Shown here: in pieces, positions 8,567-14,601 of the stretch | How the letters are laid out: the number at the start of each line of letters is the position of its first letter | How positions within the stretch are numbered: position 1 is the first letter of the stretch | Origin: Schaalia odontolytica | Lineage (GTDB): Bacteria; Actinomycetota; Actinomycetes; Actinomycetales; Actinomycetaceae | NCBI RefSeq assembly: GCF_005696695.1 | Contig: NZ_CP040006.1 | Span: 570,001-602,000, forward strand | DNA: 32,000 bases | Reading direction: 5' to 3' | The notes under the pieces: model-generated | Databases searched by the model: none | Told to the model about the DNA's origin: nothing | Seen by the model: the letters and a program-made list of their open reading frames with translations, nothing else | Position numbers and translations under genes: made by a program

Positions 8567-9021
8567 TGAGTCGATTCCGCATTAAGAAACAGCCCCTGAT
8601 CGCCGTCGCCGGCGTCGTCTGGCTGCTCGCCGGCCTGAATGTCGCGATCCTCGGCGTGCGCGCGGCCATCGACCTGCGAGGCCTCGCCGCAATCGTCCTC
8701 GTTGCGCTCGCGGGCGGCGCGGTCGCCATCTTCTGTGCCTTCCACCCGATGTTCAGCAAGCTCGTTCAGAAGAACGCCCAGCGCATCGCTGACCTGGAGG
8801 GGGAGCGCCACCACGTCGTCCGCTTCTTCGACCGCAAGAGCTACATGATGATGGTGATCATGATGTCGTTTGGTATCGGCATGCGCGCCGCAGGGCTCTT
8901 CCCTGACTGGTTCATCGCCTTCTTCTACACCGGCCTCGGCCTTGCCCTGAGCCTCGCAGGCGCCAGCTACATTGCGCGCGGCGTGCGCGGTCGCGCCTGG
9001 GCGTTCCACGGGACCGACTGA
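8566..9021 (+). CDS. Small integral membrane protein (about 4 TM), unknown function
   Basis: 151 aa with four hydrophobic segments. Start overlaps the TetR stop (TAATG), implying co-translation. Confidence 0.65.
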   Translation: MSRFRIKKQPLIAVAGVVWLLAGLNVAILGVRAAIDLRGLAAIVLVALAGGAVAIFCAFHPMFSKLVQKNAQRIADLEGERHHVVRFFDRKSYMMMVIMMSFGIGMRAAGLFPDWFIAFFYTGLGLALSLAGASYIARGVRGRAWAFHGTD

Positions 9022-9043
9022 GCGTTTCACGCTCTCCCAGCCA

Positions 9044-9067
9044 AGGCCTCGTCAATGGACGAGGCCT
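9044..9067 (+). terminator. Hairpin after the TetR/membrane pair
   Basis: AGGCCTCGTC - AATG - GACGAGGCCT. Perfect 10-bp stem, 23 nt after the stop at 9021. Confidence 0.55.
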
Positions 9068-9107
9068 CCCGCCGTTGTGTGGGTCATCTGCCCTTTAGTG
9101 CCACGCG

Positions 9108-9142
9108 ATTACCGCCAGTGGTGGTATAAAACTGGCGGTAAT
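9108..9142. repeat. Perfect 12-bp inverted repeat with 11-nt loop
   Basis: ATTACCGCCAGT (9108-9119) pairs with ACTGGCGGTAAT (9131-9142). It lies just 3' on the minus strand of the relE-like remnant, so it is probably that gene's old terminator. Confidence 0.4.
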
Positions 9143-9170
9143 GCTGGGCGGCGCTGACGCGGTCACGTGA

Positions 9171-9230
9171 TCACTGGTAGATGTGTCGGCGGTGTCCGAC
9201 GGAAAAGACTTCGATAATAAAGCTGCTTGA
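9171..9230 (-). pseudogene. C-terminal remnant of a RelE/ParE-family toxin gene
   Basis: Minus-strand translation ends ...SSSFIIEVFSVGHRRHIYQ*. Compare the intact toxin in this window, ...DDILVVTVVRVAHRREVYRS*. No start codon or intact N-terminal part lies upstream. Confidence 0.4.
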
Positions 9231-9373
9231 ACGGGGTGATGGTCGTGTCGGCAGGGCCAGGCGCTCGGTGCAGGCTGAGGGCGCGTGAATGTGGCTACCT
9301 CGGGCTGATAGCATGCTGCGGGGCGTTCACACTGTTGTGAAGGACTGTCGTCGGGGAGGAAGGGGAACCGAGG

Positions 9374-9919
9374 ATGAGGTACGCCAAAACGGTGCGATTA
9401 ACGGGCGGGGTGGAGCTCCTCGTGAGGAATGCCAGCGCGTCGGATGCTCGCGCGCTGCGTGACATCATGCAGCGCACGCATGCGGAGACCGACTACCTGC
9501 TGTCATACCCGGACGAGCAAGGCTCTGATGATGAACAAGAGGCTCGCGCTCTGGCGGAAATGGAACGCAGTGACGATGAGGTCGAGCTCGTCGCCGTCCT
9601 TGATGGACGGATCGTGGGGAGCGCAGGAGTCACGGCGGTGGGCAGCAGGCGCAAGGTGGTGCACCGGGCGCGCTTCGGCATCAGCATCCTCACAGATCAT
9701 TGGGGGATGGGGATCGGCCGAGTGCTCATGGACGCGTGCATCGACAGTGCGCGCCGGGCGGGATACACCCAACTCGAGCTCGAGGTGGTGGCTGACAATG
9801 AACGCGCGCTGTCCCTCTACCGGTGCGTGGGGTTCGAGGAGTATGGGCGCAACCCACGAGGCTACCGGTCCGCGGCTTCGGGCTACCAGGAGCTCGTGCA
9901 CATGAGGCTGGAGTTGTAG
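9374..9919 (+). CDS. GNAT-family N-acetyltransferase
   Basis: Acetyl-CoA-binding pattern HWGMGIGRVLMDACIDSARRAGYTQLELEVVADNERALSLYRCVGFEEYG. Confidence 0.85.
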   Translation: MRYAKTVRLTGGVELLVRNASASDARALRDIMQRTHAETDYLLSYPDEQGSDDEQEARALAEMERSDDEVELVAVLDGRIVGSAGVTAVGSRRKVVHRARFGISILTDHWGMGIGRVLMDACIDSARRAGYTQLELEVVADNERALSLYRCVGFEEYGRNPRGYRSAASGYQELVHMRLEL

Positions 9920-10157
9920 CGCCCCGGAGGGTAGCTGGCGGTTATGTGTCTAGCTTGACGAGCCTAGAACCCCAGTTCCTTTCGTCGAAACGAGTGGGGC
10001 ACCTTGATAATGTGCACGACGAATGGCGTGACGCGCAGTCGTTCCATGTGTACCCCTTCGGCTTGTGGGGGCTCGCGTCGTTGGGCCCCATCTCCAGGAC
10101 GCTGAGGAAAGAGACACTGCTCTCAGATGTGCAACCGTTTGCAGATACGATGAGCCC

Positions 10158-10736
10158 ATGACGATCATGCTTGTGCCCCTGACTGACACCGAGCGTCCTG
10201 CGCTGATCGCGGACTTTCAGGAATCTTTCGAGTACTTCCAGGGCAACCCGCAGGGATCCTTCGTGGGGGAGCGTCTCGCCGCGCGTGAGCAGCATCCGTC
10301 TGGTCCCAGCGAGGGCAGTGCGACGGAGCAGCCGATTCTCCCGCTGTCCGACATTGAGGAGTCCCTAAATGCACCGGGAGCGCTCGCCTATCGCATCCTT
10401 GAGGACGGCGAAGTCGTGGGCAACGTCATCCTCACCGTCGTCGGGCATCGAGGCGAGGTTCTCCTATTCGCGATGAAGGCCTCGGTTCATTCCAGGGGAG
10501 TGGGGACGCGCGCCTGGTTCGCCATCGAGGCCGCCCACCCGCAGGTGAGGGAATGGACCCTGGAGACGCCCTATTTCGAGGTGCGAAACATCCACTTCTA
10601 CGTCAACAAGTGCGGCTTCCACATCGTCGAGTTCTTCAACGAACATCACCCCGACACCTCGCATCTCCGCGGAGCGGGCGAGCCGATGGGCGAGGCCGAC
10701 TACATGTTCCGCTTTGTCAAGCGCCTGGGCCGCTAG
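10158..10736 (+). CDS. GNAT-like acetyltransferase-fold protein
   Basis: HSRGVGTRAWFAIEAAHP...NIHFYVNKCGFHIVEF is a GNAT core pattern. Start placed at ATG 10158 (MTIMLVPLTD); the track start at 10065 adds a non-homologous leader. Confidence 0.65.
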   Translation: MTIMLVPLTDTERPALIADFQESFEYFQGNPQGSFVGERLAAREQHPSGPSEGSATEQPILPLSDIEESLNAPGALAYRILEDGEVVGNVILTVVGHRGEVLLFAMKASVHSRGVGTRAWFAIEAAHPQVREWTLETPYFEVRNIHFYVNKCGFHIVEFFNEHHPDTSHLRGAGEPMGEADYMFRFVKRLGR

Positions 10737-10851
10737 TGGTGTAGCTGCTCAGTCGACGCCCTCGACCTTATCGGTGTTCATGGTGGACATTCCTTGGTCG
10801 GTGCGTGGGCGTGCTGCGGGCGCGCGATTGCGAGCGGCGTACCCTTGAATC

Positions 10852-12006
10852 GTGAAGGTTCTCGTCGTTCCCATGGTCGCCCGCTCGCGGATGGGCGGGC
10901 CGTGGTCGCGCGCGCAGCGCGTCGCCCGGGCCTTCCGGGATGGTGGCCACGAGGTCACGCTCGCGTGGGGAGATGACGGCAACTGCGCCGATCCCATCGC
11001 TCCGACGCTTGATATTCCGGTGCCCTCGCCCCTCGGCTTGCCCGAGGCCATCGCCCGCCACACCTTCCCCCTGGCCGCGCGCCTCGGCCTCATGGGCCGC
11101 AAGCCCGTGCATAGCTTCGAGGAGGTCCTCTGGCTGACCGGTGCCCTCGACGAGCGCTACACGCGCGCGGCCATCGATACGCTCCGCTCCCACATGCGTG
11201 CTTCGCGCCCCGACGTTGTCTACTCCGAATTCAGCCTCGCCGCCGTCATTGCCGCCCGCGCCGAGGGCATCCCATGCGTGGGCAGCGCCTCACAGCCGAC
11301 GACCGCCGTCTACGCTTCCAACCCGCGTAAATCCACGGGAATTCGACGCCTGCTGCGCGAGATGGGCATGCCCGCCCCGGCCTCGTCCCTGACGGTCCTT
11401 GAGGGGATACGGCGCCGGTTCATCCCGAGCTGCCCGACCCTGGAACCGCGGGCGGGGGAGCGGGCCGTCTACTGCGGGTTCCTGGACGAGCCGCCCGCCC
11501 TGCCGGCGACGCCTCGAGATTGTGCCCTCGTTTACCTCGGCGCGGGCAGCGTCCCCGCGGGCGTCGCTGTGCGCGCCGGGCGAGAGCTCGCCCGGGCCCT
11601 CGGATGCGACGTGTACGTCGCGGGAGCGCCCGAGGCCACCCAGGTCTCGGGCGGCCACACGGTGCGCTGCGCGCCCCGCTTCGACTTCGCCGATCTCCTG
11701 CCGCGCGCCCAGGTTTTCGTGCATCACGGCGGGCAAAACTCGATGATGGATGCCCTTTCTTATGAAGTCCCCCAGGTGATCGTCCCGGGGCGCGTCTTCG
11801 AGCGACAATTCAACGCCGAGGCCGTGGAAAACGCACGCTGCGGCCTGACCGTGCGCGAGCCCAAGCCGGCGCTCATCGCACGCGCCGCCCGCCGCCTCGT
11901 CGATGAACCCGCCCTGACCTCGGGGATCCGAGGGCTGCGCGAGGAGCTGTCCTCTCTGGGTGGCACCAAGCGCATCGTGCGCGAGGTCGAGGAACTGGTC
12001 GGTTAG
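10852..12006 (+). CDS. GT1-family (MGT/UDP-glycosyltransferase-like) glycosyltransferase
   Basis: C-terminal nucleotide-sugar motif FVHHGGQNSMMDALSYEVPQVIVPGRVFERQFNAEAV. GTG start, 384 aa. Confidence 0.8.
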   Translation: MKVLVVPMVARSRMGGPWSRAQRVARAFRDGGHEVTLAWGDDGNCADPIAPTLDIPVPSPLGLPEAIARHTFPLAARLGLMGRKPVHSFEEVLWLTGALDERYTRAAIDTLRSHMRASRPDVVYSEFSLAAVIAARAEGIPCVGSASQPTTAVYASNPRKSTGIRRLLREMGMPAPASSLTVLEGIRRRFIPSCPTLEPRAGERAVYCGFLDEPPALPATPRDCALVYLGAGSVPAGVAVRAGRELARALGCDVYVAGAPEATQVSGGHTVRCAPRFDFADLLPRAQVFVHHGGQNSMMDALSYEVPQVIVPGRVFERQFNAEAVENARCGLTVREPKPALIARAARRLVDEPALTSGIRGLREELSSLGGTKRIVREVEELVG

Positions 12007-12008
12007 CG

Positions 12009-12713
12009 TCAGCTCCAGCCTCGCAGGATCGCCTCCAGGCCCCGCTCAAACTGCGCGTTGAAGTCGTAGCGGCCGTCCAGGAGATCCTCGATGAGCGGGC
12101 GCAGTGCCTGCGCGTCCTCGGGGTCGAGTGCGGCGCTCGCGGCTGACAGGTCGGCGGGCTGCTGGGGGGAGCCGCCCACGGGCGGAACGACCTCGGCGGC
12201 GACGAACGCCGTCGTGTAGATCGACACCGCGTTGACGAGTCCCAGCATGTCCGCGTTCGGCGTGAAGCCGCGCCGGGACAGCGTCACGAACACGCGCGCC
12301 AGGAGCGCGAGCTGCTCGGGCGTCGACATCGGGTGCGTGAGCAGCAGCATGACCGCGCCCGGGTGGGAACGCAGCGTTGATGCCAGGCAGTGCGCGTAGG
12401 TGCGCATGTAGGTCAGCAGGGGCGAGGCGGGGGTGCCCTCGGTCGGCTCACTCACCTCGTGCGTCGGGATCGCCGCCCCGGCGTCAACGCGGTCCAGGAA
12501 GGCCTCGAACGTGAGGCGCCAGACCTGCTCAGCGATGCCCTCCAGGAGCGCGGCCTTGTCGGGGAAATGGCGATAAAAAGCGGCCTGGGAGACGCCGAGC
12601 CGCTTTCCCAGGGACCGCAGAGACAAAGCGGAGAGCCCCTCCTCGTCAACCAAGTCGAGCGCGGTCGACAAGATGATCTCTCGCGATAGTGCGCGCTGGC
12701 GTGACGACGGCAT
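12009..12713 (-). CDS. TetR-family transcriptional regulator, last gene of the ABC operon
   Basis: HTH LSALSLRSLGKRLGVSQAAFYRHFPDKAAL. Lies 22 nt downstream of the permease gene on the same strand. Confidence 0.88.
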   Translation of the reverse strand: MPSSRQRALSREIILSTALDLVDEEGLSALSLRSLGKRLGVSQAAFYRHFPDKAALLEGIAEQVWRLTFEAFLDRVDAGAAIPTHEVSEPTEGTPASPLLTYMRTYAHCLASTLRSHPGAVMLLLTHPMSTPEQLALLARVFVTLSRRGFTPNADMLGLVNAVSIYTTAFVAAEVVPPVGGSPQQPADLSAASAALDPEDAQALRPLIEDLLDGRYDFNAQFERGLEAILRGWS

Positions 12714-12735
12714 GGACTCTCCGCTTCGGTGGACG

Positions 12736-13503
12736 TTACTCCCTGTGATAACGGAACTGTATCAGTGCCAGCCCCGCGATCACGGCGAAGAAACCCCACA
12801 GGACGCCGATCCGCGTCGCGACGTCGGCAAGGCTCGCGCCGTCCAGGCTCACCTCGTGAATCGCGGTAATCGCCCAGTAGGCGGGGGACAGGCGTGCGGC
12901 GTGCTGCGCCCAATCGGGGAACGAGGAGACCGTGGAGAAAGACCCGCCGATGCCCGCCGCCAGCATGCCAATGATGTTCGACAACGACAGGGCTGCGTCG
13001 CGGCTGCGCGACCACAGCGCGAGCGCGACGCCTAGCGCCGATAGAACCGCCGAGAAACTGAGGAGAATAACGGCGAGGGCGACGAGGGAGCCGGTCGGTC
13101 GATACCCGAAGATGAGCGCGCCGAGCGCGAGGACAACCGCGATCTGGACGGTCTGCATGAGGAAGGCGACCAGCGCTTTGCCCGTCAAGATGGATGCGCG
13201 CGAGGTTGGGGAGGCCTCGAGACGCTCCCACGTGCCCCACGAACGCTCGTTGAAGAACGAACTGATGATGTTCTGCACGGCCAGGAACGAGAAGAGGATC
13301 GCGATCGATGGGACCGCCTGTTCTGCGCCCGTGACGCCCGTGTAGCCGTCGGCCAGAAGCATCGACTTGAATGCCGGCATCATGAAGGGAATCAGGACCA
13401 GGGGGATCACCGTCAGGATGAGCGTGGGCGCCGGGTCGGTGAGCTGCAGGCGGATGTTCAGGCGGGTCATAGCCCCGAGTTGCTTAAGCTGCGACATGGT
13501 CAC
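12736..13503 (-). CDS. ABC-2-type exporter permease (DrrB-like)
   Basis: 255 aa, six hydrophobic helices, overlaps the ATPase gene end. ATG 13497 is an alternative start. Confidence 0.8.
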   Translation of the reverse strand: MTMSQLKQLGAMTRLNIRLQLTDPAPTLILTVIPLVLIPFMMPAFKSMLLADGYTGVTGAEQAVPSIAILFSFLAVQNIISSFFNERSWGTWERLEASPTSRASILTGKALVAFLMQTVQIAVVLALGALIFGYRPTGSLVALAVILLSFSAVLSALGVALALWSRSRDAALSLSNIIGMLAAGIGGSFSTVSSFPDWAQHAARLSPAYWAITAIHEVSLDGASLADVATRIGVLWGFFAVIAGLALIQFRYHRE

Positions 13504-14407
13504 TCTCCTTGATGATCTGCAGATACGCGTTGTGCAGGCTCGCCTGCGTGATGCGCACGTCCATCAGTCGCGCGCCTTGAAGGGTGGGCGATGCTAGGGC
13601 TTCGCCGATCCGCGAACCTGGGTCGGCCTCGTCCCCGATGAGGTGGAGACGCCTGTCGTCGGCGCTCCACCCGTCGATCGAGGGGATCGGGCGATCGAAC
13701 TCGAGCGTGACCTCGGCGCGCGCGTGGTGAGAGACGATCTCTTCGAGCGTGCCGCTCGCGACGATGCGCCCCTCGTTCAGGATCGCGATGTCGGAGCCGA
13801 GCTCCTCGAACTCGGCAAGGTAGTGCGAGGTGTAGACGACGGCCGCGCCCTCGTCGGCGAGCTGGTGGACCGCGCGCAGGATCTGGCTGCGCGCCTCCAC
13901 GTCCGCTCCGACGGTCGGCTCGTCCATAAAGACCAGGCTCGGGCGGTGCATGATCGCCATGCCCGCGTGGAGCCTGCGCTGCTGCCCGCCTGACAGGTGC
14001 GAGGCACGCTGTCCTCGCTTCTCTGTGAGGCCGAGGAGTTCCATGACCTCGCCGGCGCGCGAGGCTGCTTCGCGTCGGCCGAGCCCGTGCAGCTCGCCGA
14101 AGGCTGCCAGGTTCTGGGCGACGCTCAGGTCCGGGTAGATGCCCAGGTCCTGGGGTGCGTACCCGATTGATCGTGCGGCCTCGGTGGATGCGGGGCGGTG
14201 GCCGCAGATGGTCACGGTTCCCGAATCGGCGCGGCGCAGGCCGCACAGGATTGTGATGAGCGTGGACTTGCCCGCCCCGTTTCGTCCGAGCAAGCCGAGG
14301 ATCTGTCCGGGTTCGACGTGCAGGTCGACTCCGCGCAGGACCTCGTGGGTGCCGTAGCTCTTGAGGATTCCCCGGGCCTCCAGGCCTGGAGTGTGTGGAT
14401 GTGACAC
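13484..14407 (-). CDS. ABC transporter ATP-binding protein (DrrA-like)
   Basis: Walker A GRNGAGKST, signature LSGGQQRR, Walker B LVFMDEPT. Start placed at GTG 14407, 5 nt after GGGAGAG. The track's TTG 14482 lies inside the predicted -35 element. Confidence 0.88.
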   Translation of the reverse strand: MSHPHTPGLEARGILKSYGTHEVLRGVDLHVEPGQILGLLGRNGAGKSTLITILCGLRRADSGTVTICGHRPASTEAARSIGYAPQDLGIYPDLSVAQNLAAFGELHGLGRREAASRAGEVMELLGLTEKRGQRASHLSGGQQRRLHAGMAIMHRPSLVFMDEPTVGADVEARSQILRAVHQLADEGAAVVYTSHYLAEFEELGSDIAILNEGRIVASGTLEEIVSHHARAEVTLEFDRPIPSIDGWSADDRRLHLIGDEADPGSRIGEALASPTLQGARLMDVRITQASLHNAYLQIIKESDHVAA

Positions 14408-14423
14408 GGTGACTCTCCCATCG

Positions 14424-14482
14424 GTTAACGCTGTTAACTTTGTGTCGCGGACAAGGTTAACAGTGTTAACTTTTGTGTGCAA
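14424..14482 (-). promoter_or_regulatory. ABC-operon promoter with two tandem GTTAAC-N3-GTTAAC operators
   Basis: Minus strand reads TTGCAC (14482-14477), 17-nt spacer, TAACCT (14459-14454). Operator copies are GTTAACAGTGTTAAC (14456-14470, over the spacer and -10) and GTTAACGCTGTTAAC (14424-14438, downstream). Each is followed by TTT(T)GTGT, and their centres are 32 bp apart. Confidence 0.65.
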
Positions 14483-14601
14483 GGTGGCGCTGCGCTCAGG
14501 GGAAAACTGCTGATTTACCGCGTTTTTCTGACAATCTGTCGCTGCAGTGGGAAGGGGAGCGGCCCTACACTGTCCACGCTAGGCGTGAAGGAGGACTGAA
14601 A

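Noticed and set aside
7843-9057. 13-mer direct repeat GGCCTCGTCAATG at 7843-7855 and 9045-9057, bracketing the TetR/membrane gene pair, as a possible insertion scar.
   Set aside because: Exact 13-mer repeats are expected several times by chance in 32 kb of biased sequence. Both copies are simply members of the GGCCTCGTC hairpin family.
9326-9341. TTCACA-CTGT-TGTGAA inverted repeat upstream of the GNAT gene, reminiscent of CRP/GlxR sites.
   Set aside because: CRP-type sites are TGTGA-N6-TCACA. Here the half-sites are everted and spaced by 4 nt. Six-bp arms are common by chance.
9942-10295. 117-aa minus-strand ORF, and a 27-codon minus-strand ORF (MERLRVTPFVVHIIKVPHSFRRKELGF) in the 9920-10157 gap, possibly a GNAT C-terminal fragment.
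   Set aside because: The long ORF overlaps the real GNAT gene start and has no motifs. The short one resembles a family tail only in ..ELGF, which is too little evidence to call a pseudogene.
11374-11391. Exact copy of the terminator 18-mer GCCCCGGCCTCGTCCCTG inside the glycosyltransferase CDS, as a possible embedded hairpin element.
   Set aside because: The downstream sequence forms only a poor complementary arm. The 18-mer is in frame, coding (A)PAPASSL with the preferred codons. A related GGCCTCGTCCCTG (EASSL) also occurs inside the orphan gene near 18990. Codon bias is therefore the simpler explanation.
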